A DNA stretch of 64,000 nt from an uncultured Candidatus Saccharibacteria bacterium (GTDB taxonomy: Bacteria > Patescibacteriota > Minisyncoccia > Ryanbacterales > HO2-45-13), in contig CAYHBS010000004.1 in the NCBI GenBank assembly GCA_964354975.1, positions 3,614 through 67,613 of the forward strand, in the 5' to 3' direction. A program made the position numbers and the translations under genes. The notes under the pieces are model-generated. The model worked only from the letters and a program-made list of their open reading frames with translations, was not told where the DNA came from and did no database searches. Of this stretch, positions 10,300 through 20,734 are shown piece after piece. How positions within the stretch are numbered: position 1 is the first letter of the stretch; each line of letters starts with the position of its first letter.

Positions 10300-11598
10300 T
10301 TACTTTTTTGATTTATCGCCCATGAGCACACGCATGCGATCTGTTTCGTTTAACTGTACTGCGCGAAGAAACATCCGCGTCACAACAATTGCTGAAAACA
10401 TACTCACGAGAACTCCGATTCCGAGGGTTAGTGCGAATCCTTTCACAAAGCTGGTACCAAAGTAATACAGAATGGTGGACGTAATAATGCTGGAAGTATT
10501 TGAGTCGCGAATCGAAGACCATGCACGATGAAATCCTTCTTCCACTGATCCTTTAATTGTCTTACCGAGTCTTAGCTCTTCTTTTGTGCGCTCAAAGATG
10601 AGCACGTTTGCGTCCACCGCCATTCCGACCGAAAGAATAAATCCGGTCATGGCAGCGGCAGTGAGTGTCACCGGAAGTAATTTAAATATGACAAGTGAGA
10701 GCGAAATATAAATACACAGTGCAAGTACCGCCACAAGTCCCGGTAATCGGTAATAGAGCAACATAAACAGCATGACCGCAATGACACCGACAATCCCTGC
10801 GCGAAATGTGTCCGAGAGTGCGCGCTCCCCAAGCGTGGATTGCACCGTCTGCTGTCCTATCAGTTCGACATTGAGCGGAAGTGCCCCAGCATTGAGACTG
10901 CGCACAAGCGCATTTGCTTCTTCAATAGTGAAGTTTCCTGTAATCACCGCCTGTCCTCCGGTAATTGGTTCGTTCACCATTGGGATACTCACCGGAGCGC
11001 CATCAAGATAAATAGCGATGCGCTGACCCACATACTGCGTAGTAAGTTCTTCAAAAATTTTTGCCCCTTCGTCGTTCAGAATAAGTCCGACTTGCGGAGA
11101 TTGTGTTTGTTGTTGGTATTCTATGCGTGCCCGCTTCAAATATCTTCCGGTCAGCGCGCTTGGAACATACACCTCCTGTGGAGTGCTGGTGGCGCCTTCT
11201 CCGGGAATCATCATGGGCACGCGAAATTCGAGATACGGAGTAGCGCCGATTTGCTGAATTGCTTGATTAATATCTTTAATTCCTGCGAGCTCTACAATGA
11301 GACGCTGTTCTCCTGCACTGCTCGCAACTTGCACGATCGGCTCGGACACGCCCATAAAATTCACGCGGCGCTCAATGGCGTCGCGTAAACTCGCAACCGC
11401 ATCTGTAACATCCTCCGGAGCAACCGTCGTTGTATCAATGCGATATGTTAAATGTGCGCCACCGGCAAGATCAAGCCCGAGTACATAGTCTGGGATAAAC
11501 CGATCAAGCGGCCCTTGTCCAAATATCGGAAACGCAACATACGCCGCAAGTATTCCACCAAGGAGCACCAGCGCGGCAATCGTACGAGGTGATTTCAT
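10300..11598 (-). CDS. secD: Protein translocase subunit SecD
   Basis: 432 aa with an N-terminal TM, a periplasmic domain and a C-terminal 6-TM bundle typical of SecD. Confidence 0.9.
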   Translation of the reverse strand: MKSPRTIAALVLLGGILAAYVAFPIFGQGPLDRFIPDYVLGLDLAGGAHLTYRIDTTTVAPEDVTDAVASLRDAIERRVNFMGVSEPIVQVASSAGEQRLIVELAGIKDINQAIQQIGATPYLEFRVPMMIPGEGATSTPQEVYVPSALTGRYLKRARIEYQQQTQSPQVGLILNDEGAKIFEELTTQYVGQRIAIYLDGAPVSIPMVNEPITGGQAVITGNFTIEEANALVRSLNAGALPLNVELIGQQTVQSTLGERALSDTFRAGIVGVIAVMLFMLLYYRLPGLVAVLALCIYISLSLVIFKLLPVTLTAAAMTGFILSVGMAVDANVLIFERTKEELRLGKTIKGSVEEGFHRAWSSIRDSNTSSIITSTILYYFGTSFVKGFALTLGIGVLVSMFSAIVVTRMFLRAVQLNETDRMRVLMGDKSKK

Positions 11599-11604
11599 GA
11601 ATGA

Positions 11605-12027
11605 TTATTTGATTTCAATGCCCATGGAACGCGCGGTACCGGCAATGATTTTTTCTGCGGCTTCCACATCGTTTGCATTGAGATCCTCCATTTTGCGTTC
11701 TGCAATCTGTCGAAGTTGCGCTTTTGAGATACTCCCCACTTTTCCGGTGAGCGGATTGCCCGCTCCCTTCTCCACCTTCGCGGCTTTGCGGAGTAAATCT
11801 GAAGCCGGAGGAGTTTTTAACTTAAATTCAAACGAACGATCGGTAAAGATCGTAATTTCTACCGGAATAATATCGGTACCCTTATCTGCGGTAGCCGCAT
11901 TAAACTTTCCAACAAAATCGCCGATGTTGATACCGTGCTGTCCGAGTGCGGGTCCTACGGGAGGCGCCGGATTTGCTTTTCCCGCGGGGATTTGAAGTTT
12001 TACAATTGTCTTAATTTCTTTAGCCAT
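11605..12027 (-). CDS. rplK: 50S ribosomal protein L11
   Basis: [35 protein letters not shown] is the canonical L11 N-terminus. Confidence 0.95.
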   Translation of the reverse strand: MAKEIKTIVKLQIPAGKANPAPPVGPALGQHGINIGDFVGKFNAATADKGTDIIPVEITIFTDRSFEFKLKTPPASDLLRKAAKVEKGAGNPLTGKVGSISKAQLRQIAERKMEDLNANDVEAAEKIIAGTARSMGIEIK

Positions 12028-12048
12028 AGTGCGTTGAATATTTGGGTG

Positions 12049-12594
12049 TTATAGCTTTTTTGCCTGCAGAGGGTCAAGCTCTACGGGAGTTTCGCGCCCG
12101 AAGATGGAAACAAGCACCTTAATCTTTCCACGCTCCTCATCTACCTCCTCCACACGCCCTTCCATGTCTTTAAATGGACCGTCAGTAATGCGCACCATGT
12201 CGCCCTTCAGCACATCAATCTTGTGGCGTGGGTCTTCCTCGCCCATACGCTTCATGAGCACCCCAATTTCATCATCCGAAAGCGGAATCGGGGTGGTTCC
12301 CGCGCCCACAAACCCTGTGACACGTGGGGTGTTACGCACCACGTACCATGAGTCATCGGTCACGATCATTTCCACAAGCACATATCCCGGATAAATCTTC
12401 TCTTCTACTACTTTGCGCTTTCCCGCCTTAATTTTTATTTTCTTTTCGGTGGGAACGAGAACTTGAAAAATTTTATCCTCCATACCCATCGATTCAATGC
12501 GCTGGCGCATATTGCGCGCAACCGCATCTTCATACCCCGAATAGGTATGGATGGCATACCAGTTGCGACCGAATTCAGATGTTTGCTTTGGCAT
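12049..12594 (-). CDS. nusG: Transcription termination/antitermination protein NusG
   Basis: NGN domain plus a C-terminal KOW motif, in secE-nusG-rplK gene order. Confidence 0.93.
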   Translation of the reverse strand: MPKQTSEFGRNWYAIHTYSGYEDAVARNMRQRIESMGMEDKIFQVLVPTEKKIKIKAGKRKVVEEKIYPGYVLVEMIVTDDSWYVVRNTPRVTGFVGAGTTPIPLSDDEIGVLMKRMGEEDPRHKIDVLKGDMVRITDGPFKDMEGRVEEVDEERGKIKVLVSIFGRETPVELDPLQAKKL

Positions 12595-12612
12595 AGCGAA
12601 ACGCAGGGAATA

Positions 12613-12798
12613 CTAAATAGCGATAATACGCTCCCAAATGAGTCGGAAAAAACTATCGAGTGCGCCCAGGTACAGCGCAACCACGATGGAAAACACAACC
12701 ACGAGGATCGTGGATTTGATAGTTTGCGACCGCGTTGGCCAATTTACTTTTGTGAGTTCTCTGCGAGTTTCGCGGAGATATTCGATGAGTCCGTACAT
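12613..12798 (-). CDS. secE: Preprotein translocase subunit SecE
   Basis: 61 aa with a single C-terminal TM, immediately upstream of nusG. Confidence 0.75.
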   Translation of the reverse strand: MYGLIEYLRETRRELTKVNWPTRSQTIKSTILVVVFSIVVALYLGALDSFFRLIWERIIAI

Positions 12799-12947
12799 GC
12801 GTGTATATTTCTTTTTCTATATAAAAACCCATCCCGGGGTACTGGATCAGAGTACCATTCCCTTGAAAAAGATGCAAGTGCGAGATGTGGTGATAAATAT
12901 TCCAAGATACACCTGCGACGGCTCACCCAAAACCGCACCTACCTACG

Positions 12948-13757
12948 TTATGCGACACGCGCCTGACGTTTTTCAGTCATCAGAGCGAGAGCTCCTTTGT
13001 ATCGCCCTTTCCCAAGAAAGATTGGGTAGAAACTTCTTGTCGCGTACAATTTTATTCCTTGGTGAGAACCGATGTGCGCGCCCCGCTCAATGCGCTCAAA
13101 GTCACGCAGATGTGGATTCTGTCGAAACGGCTCGGGAACATCATACTTCCCAATAACCGTGTACAACGTCTTTCGGGGAAATAGTTGCTTGGTCCCGCGC
13201 AACATGCCGCGGTTAATCAACAACTGCTCGACATGCGCGAGTGCCTTTCGGTACTGGTGACCAAGCTTATTCGGTCCGTACTCGATAGAAATGCCAAGCG
13301 GAACATGGCTGATGAGCGCGCCCTTCGCATATATGTGCGCAGGCACATACATCACTTTTTTCACTGGAAATTCCGCGAGCAGTCTTTTCGTACGCGCATT
13401 CCACTTTGTCACGATCGCGAGACTGTCAATGCGCGAATTCGTACCATGAATATCGATAACGAGATCGAATTCGCGAAGTGCGCGGAAAATATTGCGCGCA
13501 AGCTGATGTTCCCTGGTCTTTCCTTTCACGGGAAATATTCTATTCAAATCGTAGCTAAATTCACGTTTTTTGTGCGCGTGAGCAGAAGGATGCGCAAGAA
13601 AACCTGTCAAACTCCCGCTCATCAGATCGCACCTTATCAATTCCTTGCAAACCTTCATACCGATAATCTCATCTCCGTGCATGCACGCAAGGATCGCCGC
13701 CGACGGGCGCGCGTTTCCTTTTTTTAAAATTGTTTTTGGATGTGCTTTTATCTTCAT
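12948..13757 (-). CDS. Succinylglutamate desuccinylase/aspartoacylase family zinc hydrolase
   Basis: ACMHGDEIIG and DIHGT zinc-ligand motifs. Start trimmed to MKIKAHPKT; the ORF track's first 61 residues look non-coding. Confidence 0.7.
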   Translation of the reverse strand: MKIKAHPKTILKKGNARPSAAILACMHGDEIIGMKVCKELIRCDLMSGSLTGFLAHPSAHAHKKREFSYDLNRIFPVKGKTREHQLARNIFRALREFDLVIDIHGTNSRIDSLAIVTKWNARTKRLLAEFPVKKVMYVPAHIYAKGALISHVPLGISIEYGPNKLGHQYRKALAHVEQLLINRGMLRGTKQLFPRKTLYTVIGKYDVPEPFRQNPHLRDFERIERGAHIGSHQGIKLYATRSFYPIFLGKGRYKGALALMTEKRQARVA

Positions 13758-13824
13758 CTGAAAAGCTCGATCAGTAACGAAAACTTCGCAACTAATCGGA
13801 TGTTGCTCGGAATTGCAAAACGGC

Positions 13825-15897
13825 TTACACGTCGAGATTTTTGACGGACTTTGCGCGGCTTTGAATGAAGTGTTTGCGCGGCCCCACTTCCGCACCCATG
13901 AGTACGTCAAACACAATATCCGCCTGCTTCGCGTCATCAATAGAAACTTTACGGAGATGGCGCGTGGAAGGATTCATGGTGGTCTCCCATAACTGATCCG
14001 GGTTCATCTCTCCAAGTCCTTTGTAGCGCTGCATCGTCACACCCTTGAGTGCGGGATCTTGCATTTCCTGCGTGATGTCTTCTGATTCTTGTTGAGAATC
14101 TTCTATTGCATCGAGTATCGAGGGCTTCTTGCCTTCTTTTTCAGCTTTATCCGCCTTGTCTTTCTCCTCTTTTTCTTCTTTCAGTTTTTTAAATTCGGCA
14201 AGAATACGCTCTTTATCGGCGTCCACGAATGCGTATTCCACTCTCTTTCCTTTTTGGATACGGTAGAGAGGCGGCTCTGCAATGTAGAGAAAACCTTGCT
14301 CAATAATCGGCATGTAGTAGCGATAAAACAATGTCAGCAGGAGTGTACGAATATGCGCGCCGTCCACGTCCGCGTCTGTCATAATCACGATCTTGTGATA
14401 ACGGAGTTTTGAAATATCAAACTCTTCGCCAATACCTGCGCCCATCGCAATCACGAGCGCGCGCACCTCGCTGGAGGCAAGCATCTTATCGAGACGCGCG
14501 CGTTCGACATTTAAAATTTTCCCACGAAGCGGAAGAATCGCTTGAAATTCACGCGAACGTGCTTGCTTTGCAGATCCTCCCGCAGAGTCTCCTTCCACTA
14601 TAAATATTTCCGAATCTTCCGCATTTTTTGACTGGCAGTCTGCGAGTTTGCCAGGGAGCGTAAATCCGGAGAGCGCACCTTTACGCAGAATTGTTTCTTT
14701 TGCGGCTTTTGCGGCGCGACGTGCTTTTGCGGCAAGAATGACCTTTCCAATCATTGCGCGCGCATCCTGTGGATGTTGCTCGAGAAATTCGATGAACGAA
14801 GCAGAAAATATTGAGTCCACCGCGCTTCGCGCTTCTACCGATCCAAGTTTTGCCTTCGTCTGTCCTTCAAATTGCGGATCGCGAATTTTAACGGAAATAA
14901 TTGCCGAAAGCCCCTCGCGTACGTCCTCGCCGGTGAGATTTTCTTCATCTTTTTTGAGAATCTCGTTTTTCCGTGCGTAATCATTGAGCACGCGCGTGAG
15001 TGCGGTACGAAACCCCGTCAGATGCATTCCTCCTTCCGTTGTATGGATGTTATTTGCGAATGAAAGCTCGTGTGATTGTAAATCGTCAACGTACTGCAAC
15101 GCTACTTCAACTTGTACTCCTTCTGCTTCTTTTGCAGTGTAAAACGCATTTGGATGCACTGGCTGAAAATGTTTTGTCAGTGACGCAATATACGCTTTTA
15201 CGCCTCCTTCAAAATGAAAGGTGAACGACGCGGGCTCTCCCTTACGCGCATCCACTACGCGAATCGTCACACCTGCCGTCAGATATGCCTGCTGGCGCAC
15301 ACGCGTAAGAATTGTATTCCAGATATACTCGGGCATTGTTCCCTCATCTCCAAAAATTTCTGGGTCTGGTTCGTAGATCACCGTGGTGCCTACGCGCGTG
15401 GCTTTTCCTTCTTTTTTAACTTTTGTGGTAGGAATTCCTTTTTTATATTCCTGTGTGTAGCGCTCTCCATCGCGCATCACTTCTACGCGCAGATACCGCG
15501 AAAGCGCGTTGACCACCGACACTCCCACTCCGTGAAGTCCCGCCGCCACTTTATATGAGTCCCCGCCAAATTTTCCTCCCGCGTGCAAAGTGGTGAGTAC
15601 GGTCTCGAGTGCAGATTTCTTTGTTTGTTTATGAATATCAACGGGGATACCACGACCATCGTCGGCAACGCTCACGCGATGATTGGGCAACAGTGTAATC
15701 GTAATAAATTTTGCATATCCCGCCATCGCCTCGTCAATCGAGTTGTCCACGACTTCCCAAATCAAATGATGGAGCCCATCAATGCCGGTGGATCCAATGT
15801 ACATTCCCGGGCGCTTCCGTACCGGATCCAATCCCTCAAGCACGGTAATATCACGGGATGTATATTCTGATTTTTTCTTTTCGTTTTTTGCCATCAT
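13825..15897 (-). CDS. gyrB: DNA gyrase subunit B
   Basis: GHKL ATPase N-terminus, Toprim domain and a C-terminal tail. The length fits GyrB. Confidence 0.95.
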   Translation of the reverse strand: MMAKNEKKKSEYTSRDITVLEGLDPVRKRPGMYIGSTGIDGLHHLIWEVVDNSIDEAMAGYAKFITITLLPNHRVSVADDGRGIPVDIHKQTKKSALETVLTTLHAGGKFGGDSYKVAAGLHGVGVSVVNALSRYLRVEVMRDGERYTQEYKKGIPTTKVKKEGKATRVGTTVIYEPDPEIFGDEGTMPEYIWNTILTRVRQQAYLTAGVTIRVVDARKGEPASFTFHFEGGVKAYIASLTKHFQPVHPNAFYTAKEAEGVQVEVALQYVDDLQSHELSFANNIHTTEGGMHLTGFRTALTRVLNDYARKNEILKKDEENLTGEDVREGLSAIISVKIRDPQFEGQTKAKLGSVEARSAVDSIFSASFIEFLEQHPQDARAMIGKVILAAKARRAAKAAKETILRKGALSGFTLPGKLADCQSKNAEDSEIFIVEGDSAGGSAKQARSREFQAILPLRGKILNVERARLDKMLASSEVRALVIAMGAGIGEEFDISKLRYHKIVIMTDADVDGAHIRTLLLTLFYRYYMPIIEQGFLYIAEPPLYRIQKGKRVEYAFVDADKERILAEFKKLKEEKEEKDKADKAEKEGKKPSILDAIEDSQQESEDITQEMQDPALKGVTMQRYKGLGEMNPDQLWETTMNPSTRHLRKVSIDDAKQADIVFDVLMGAEVGPRKHFIQSRAKSVKNLDV

Positions 15898-15898
15898 A

Positions 15899-17956
15899 TT
15901 ATCTGACTTCCCATCCTTCCATTTCGGAAAGCGCATTCACAGTGCGTTGAATAATGCGGCCAACCTCTTCGTCCGTTAATGTTCGGTCATGCGACTGAAA
16001 TACCAGATGAAAGGCAAGACTGCGACGTTCCTCTCCAATCTCGTCCCCCTCATAGTAATCGAAAAGATCAGAATCGATAAGGAGCATCCCCCCTTCTTTT
16101 TCGATAATTCCCTGTACTTCATCGACGCGCGTATCTGCGGGAACCAGCAGGGAAATATCGCGCACCACCGCCGGATATTTTGAGATGGGACGAAATTGTT
16201 TTTCTTCTTCAATAAGCTCTAGGAGTTCTGCGAGCATAATCTCCACCGCCGCAACACGGAGTGTAATATCGAATCTCCGGAGAACGTCGGGGTGTATTTC
16301 ATAAATCACACCCACATGCGTTCCTTCAATATCAATCGTGGCAGAGCGGTACGGATGTGCGACGTGACCCGCAATCATTGGCCAGTACGTATCACGGCGC
16401 GAACGAAAATCATGCAATCGATGTTCAGGAACACCAAAACGCTCAAGCACGGTACTGATATCCCCTTTTGCTTCAAAAAATAAATCGCCATGTTCGTCCC
16501 GTGGGCGCGCAATCATGAGTGTGAGATGTTCTCGCTCGGTCACGTGCTGGGCAGTTTCTGCAAATACACGCCCTATTTCAAAAAATTTCGGTGCGTACGT
16601 TCCATCCTGGTGCGCGCGGATATTTTTAAACATCCCCGCATGCAAGGTGCCGCGCATATATGCACTCATGCTTGAGATAGGGTTTTCGAGCGGGATAAGG
16701 TCGTTGGTATTCATAAGTAATTTTGTGGCATCGTCGGCGCTCATAAATGCATAATTCATCACTTCACTGTATCCCGACGCCGCAAGCAGATCGCGCAGTT
16801 CTTCGCTAAGCTCGTGGAGATCATTTGCATGTGGTGGCACCAACTGCGCGCTCGGAGGCACCGTAGGAATACGATCATACCCTGCAATGCGCCCGATTTC
16901 TTCGATGAGATCGGTTTCTGAATTGAGGTCAATACGAAATGTTGGCGCAATCACTCGGTACGACGATTTTGCAAGTCGCGTGACCCCGCATCCAATGCGC
17001 TTTAAAATCGCTTCTATTTCTTTCTCTGGAATTTCAACACCCAACATCGCACTCACATGCGCGGTGTTGAGCGACATCCGCGCGGGCGGAGGTTCGGTCT
17101 CGCCTACATCCAAACGTCCCCGTAGTACGACACCACCGGCAACATCACGCACAAGTGCTGCAAGCCGATCAACACCGTGCGATATGAGTGAAGGATGAAG
17201 TCCTGCCGCAAACCGCTGTGAAGCGTCTGTGGAAAGTCCAAGCAGTTTCGCGGTTTTACGAATAAGCGCCCGGTCAAAATGCGCGCCCTCAATTGCGACG
17301 CGCGTCGTGTGTTCGGTCACTCCTGTGCGCGCTCCACCTTTAATACCTGCTATAGCAATGGGCCCATCATTGTCCGCAATCACCAGCGTACCTATAGGGA
17401 GCTCTATATTTGCGCCGTCCAGTGTTTCGATGTGCTCGCCTCGGATGGAGCGGCGCACTACAATTCCGCCCTTAATAGTGTCTGCATCAAATACGTGGAG
17501 TGGCTGGCCGGTTTCAAGCATGACGTAGTTTGCGGCGTCCACCACATTATTGATCGATTGAATGTCACAGGTCGCAAGTCGCTCCACCATATGTGTCGGC
17601 GTCTCTCCAATCACTACTTTGTCCACAACGCGGAGTGCATACCGACTCACATCTCCTTCTGCGTGCAGCTTCACGCGTATCACTCCTGTCGTGCGCACGG
17701 TAGGAGATTCTTTCATCGATGGCGTGCGGTACGTCACCTTCTTATTGAGAATCGCGCCAAGTTCTCGCGCCATACCTTCGTGCCCCCCGGCATCTGCAAC
17801 GCGATTTGGCAGTACCGAGATAATGAGTTGGGTATCTTTTCCTTTACGAACAATGTCCTCTACCTCAAACGCATGTAGCGAAATTGCGTCCGCAACTACC
17901 TGCGGAGACGGAAGCGTTGGAAGATATGTTTTCAGCCACTGATAGGAATACTTCAT
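15899..17956 (-). CDS. pheT: Phenylalanine--tRNA ligase beta subunit
   Basis: 685 aa with the B3/B4 and tRNA-binding domain order, adjacent to pheS. Confidence 0.93.
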   Translation of the reverse strand: MKYSYQWLKTYLPTLPSPQVVADAISLHAFEVEDIVRKGKDTQLIISVLPNRVADAGGHEGMARELGAILNKKVTYRTPSMKESPTVRTTGVIRVKLHAEGDVSRYALRVVDKVVIGETPTHMVERLATCDIQSINNVVDAANYVMLETGQPLHVFDADTIKGGIVVRRSIRGEHIETLDGANIELPIGTLVIADNDGPIAIAGIKGGARTGVTEHTTRVAIEGAHFDRALIRKTAKLLGLSTDASQRFAAGLHPSLISHGVDRLAALVRDVAGGVVLRGRLDVGETEPPPARMSLNTAHVSAMLGVEIPEKEIEAILKRIGCGVTRLAKSSYRVIAPTFRIDLNSETDLIEEIGRIAGYDRIPTVPPSAQLVPPHANDLHELSEELRDLLAASGYSEVMNYAFMSADDATKLLMNTNDLIPLENPISSMSAYMRGTLHAGMFKNIRAHQDGTYAPKFFEIGRVFAETAQHVTEREHLTLMIARPRDEHGDLFFEAKGDISTVLERFGVPEHRLHDFRSRRDTYWPMIAGHVAHPYRSATIDIEGTHVGVIYEIHPDVLRRFDITLRVAAVEIMLAELLELIEEEKQFRPISKYPAVVRDISLLVPADTRVDEVQGIIEKEGGMLLIDSDLFDYYEGDEIGEERRSLAFHLVFQSHDRTLTDEEVGRIIQRTVNALSEMEGWEVR

Positions 17957-17961
17957 ATATA

Positions 17962-19008
17962 TTAAAATTGTTCGAGGAATTTCATATGATTCTCTCGAAA
18001 CAGCCGAATATCAGGAATGTGATATTTCATCATCGCAATGCGATCCATGCCAACACCAAACGCCGCGCCCTTCCACTCGTTTTTTACATATCCCGCTGCG
18101 CGAAATACCTCGTCGTGCACCATGCCGGCTCCGGCAAGCTCTAACCAACCCGTCTGTTTGCAAATCGCGCACCCCTTCCCGCGACACGCTTGGCACGAAA
18201 CATCAATTTCAAACCCCGGCTCTACAAATGGAAAAAAGCTCGGACGCAAACGAATCTCCACATCTTTCGCAAGGAGCGTGCGAAAGAATGTAAGTAAAAT
18301 ATATTTGAGATTACTCACGGAAATATCTTTGTCCACGATGAGCCCTTCCATATTCACAAATTCGGAATCGTGGCTCGCGTCGCTCGCTTCATATCGATAC
18401 ACCGGCCCCGGAGCAATCATGCGAAATGGCGGTTGGTGCGACTGCATATACCTCACCTGGAGTGACGAGGTGTGTGTACGCAGAAGCAAGCGTTGCTTTG
18501 GATTCGTTGGACGAGGATGTTGGCGAATCCAAAACGTGTCCCAAAAATCTCGCGCGGGATGATCAATCGGAATATTTAACGAATCAAAATTGTAAAACTC
18601 GGATTCTACATGCGGCCCATCCACAACCTCAAATCCCATCGGCACAAATACTTTCTCTGCTTCTCTTCGAATTTGTGTGAGCGGATGAATATGCCCCCGC
18701 GATGCGCGACGGGAGGGTAACGAAATATCAATTGCCTCTTTTTCAAGTTGTGAGCGCGTATGTGCCCCCTTCATGGCGCTCATCCGCTCTGCAATAAGTT
18801 TCTCAATTTCGATGCGAAGTCCGTTTGCCTTCGTACCAACGATCGCCCGCTCATCTGTAGGAAGATCTTTCAATCCGCGCAAAATGGCCGTCAATTTCCC
18901 TTGCTTACGACCAATATATCGCAGTTCAATATCCCGTAGCTCATCTACAGAAGCGGCGGATCTAATCGCCTCGCGGGCCTCTCGAGAGAGCGCATCCAGT
19001 GCGTGCAT
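17962..19008 (-). CDS. pheS: Phenylalanine--tRNA ligase alpha subunit
   Basis: Class II aaRS motifs (FRMIAPGPVYRYE, GAGMVHDEV). Confidence 0.95.
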   Translation of the reverse strand: MHALDALSREAREAIRSAASVDELRDIELRYIGRKQGKLTAILRGLKDLPTDERAIVGTKANGLRIEIEKLIAERMSAMKGAHTRSQLEKEAIDISLPSRRASRGHIHPLTQIRREAEKVFVPMGFEVVDGPHVESEFYNFDSLNIPIDHPARDFWDTFWIRQHPRPTNPKQRLLLRTHTSSLQVRYMQSHQPPFRMIAPGPVYRYEASDASHDSEFVNMEGLIVDKDISVSNLKYILLTFFRTLLAKDVEIRLRPSFFPFVEPGFEIDVSCQACRGKGCAICKQTGWLELAGAGMVHDEVFRAAGYVKNEWKGAAFGVGMDRIAMMKYHIPDIRLFRENHMKFLEQF

Positions 19009-19058
19009 GGACTTCAGTATACCCCAAAAAAGACCGATATTGAAGTGGAAATACTGAA

Positions 19059-20066
19059 TTATGCGCCGGCGACCGCAGCGAGAATACGCTCCGCCTCAAC
19101 CGCATTCTTTGCAAGCATCAATGCAGATTTGACCTCTCCCAGTGACGGCACTCCTTTCAGGTAGGCATTCAAATGTTTTTTGATGACCGCAAAATGTTTT
19201 TCGTGCCCGTGAAATTCGCGCGTATTCCGATCCGAAGGACCAAAATATTCAACGTACGCAGCGAGGTGCTGCCGCATCACCGCAATGCGCTCGGCGTCGC
19301 TGATTTCAATTTTTCCACTCCCAAACCACGGATTTCCAAACCACGCACGCCCCACCATAATACCGTCCACACCGGTTTCCTCTGCGCGTGTGCGCGCCTC
19401 CTCGAGTGAGGCGACGTCACCATTACCAATAATCAACGTGCCACTTCCGCGCGCTAACTCCACCGCGCGTACCGCAAGATCCCACCGCGCAGGCACTTTC
19501 GACATTTCTTTGCGCGTACGGAGATGGAGTGTGATTGCGTCGGGGTGTGCCGTCAGGAGTGTTGGTAGCCACGTATCAATCTCGACTGTGTTATATCCGA
19601 GTCGGGTTTTAATCGAAACCGGAAGTCCACCACTTTCTGACTGCGCTGCCTGTATTACCTCCACTGCAAGTGCAGGATTTTTTATGAGCGCGGCACCCGC
19701 GCCTTGTTTTTCGATACCGCGGTCGGGACATCCCATATTGATATCAATTCCGTCAAATCCGAGGGACAAGATGAGCGCCGCGCACCGAGCTACGTTATCC
19801 GGTTTTGAAGAAAAAATTTGCGCGACGATCGGGCGCTCGTTCGGTGCATATGATAAATCGCGAAGTAGTTTTGGGCGGCCTTTTTCAGAACAGAGTCCAT
19901 CGCACGAAACAAATTCGGTGTACATCACGTCCGGTCGCCCATGCGCAGCAATCACCCGCCGAAATGCGGGATCGGTGCCGTCTGCCATAGGAGCGCATAC
20001 TAAAAATGGACGTGGAAGTCGCTTCCAAAAATTCGTGGTATGCATTTCTGCGGTAGTCTTCAACAT
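19059..20066 (-). CDS. dus: tRNA-dihydrouridine synthase
   Basis: FLVCAPMADGTDPAFRRV N-terminus and an FMN-binding TIM-barrel Dus signature. Confidence 0.88.
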   Translation of the reverse strand: MLKTTAEMHTTNFWKRLPRPFLVCAPMADGTDPAFRRVIAAHGRPDVMYTEFVSCDGLCSEKGRPKLLRDLSYAPNERPIVAQIFSSKPDNVARCAALILSLGFDGIDINMGCPDRGIEKQGAGAALIKNPALAVEVIQAAQSESGGLPVSIKTRLGYNTVEIDTWLPTLLTAHPDAITLHLRTRKEMSKVPARWDLAVRAVELARGSGTLIIGNGDVASLEEARTRAEETGVDGIMVGRAWFGNPWFGSGKIEISDAERIAVMRQHLAAYVEYFGPSDRNTREFHGHEKHFAVIKKHLNAYLKGVPSLGEVKSALMLAKNAVEAERILAAVAGA

Positions 20067-20181
20067 ATCGCATGAGTATGGTATCTCGTGACTGGATCAT
20101 TTGCACGAACTCCTTCTCCTCTCTATCCAATTCGCGCAACCCTACCCATCCACTATTTACATTTTCACAAATATTATTCCA

Positions 20182-20205
20182 CCCCTAATTCGCGCGAATT
20201 AGGGG
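20182..20205. promoter_or_regulatory. Perfect 24 bp palindrome ccccTAATTCGCGCGAATTAgggg (copy 1)
   Basis: Self-complementary sequence between the arsR-like stop and the dus start. Confidence 0.5.
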
Positions 20206-20240
20206 TATATCATACCACCGCGCTGTTTATAATTACATTT

Positions 20241-20516
20241 TTACAACATCGAGAGTATTGCACGAACTGTGGAAGACTGCGCGCGAGATGTCACAATACG
20301 GTAATGTACTTTCAGTCTGCGCTGTTCTCTCTCAAGGATATCAACACTGAACAGGATGGTGAGATGTTTTGATGTTGCTTTCACCGATAATTTAAGTGCA
20401 CCCGCAATGTCGCTCACTGCCATCTCTTTATTCTTCTGGAGCATGCGCAATATTTCGAGCCTACGCCTGTTTGCAAGGGCTTTTAATGTGCGCTCAATGT
20501 TTTTCATCTGTTCCAT
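20241..20516 (-). CDS. ArsR/SmtB family transcriptional regulator
   Basis: 91 aa winged HTH (RRRLEILRML...VSDIAGALKLSVKATSKHL). Confidence 0.8.
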   Translation of the reverse strand: MEQMKNIERTLKALANRRRLEILRMLQKNKEMAVSDIAGALKLSVKATSKHLTILFSVDILEREQRRLKVHYRIVTSRAQSSTVRAILSML

Positions 20517-20585
20517 ATAACGTACAGTTTGTTTTGATAATATTACACAGTGACTTTTTTGCTATTCAATCTACTTCTTATAGTA

Positions 20586-20607
20586 CCCTAATTCGCGCGA
20601 ATTAGGG
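20586..20607. promoter_or_regulatory. Perfect 22 bp palindrome CCCTAATTCGCGCGAATTAGGG (copy 2), likely ArsR-family operator
   Basis: Identical to copy 1. Lies about 70 bp upstream of the arsR-like start. Confidence 0.5.
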
Positions 20608-20734
20608 ACATAGTACACGGCGGAGGCGTACTATCAATCGCAGCAACGGAGGAAAAACGAGGATACCGCGATCTATGATAAAGAAACGTATCTGTGAGGA
20701 TGCGCTCTTGCCGACGTGCTCCCCCATATACTAC

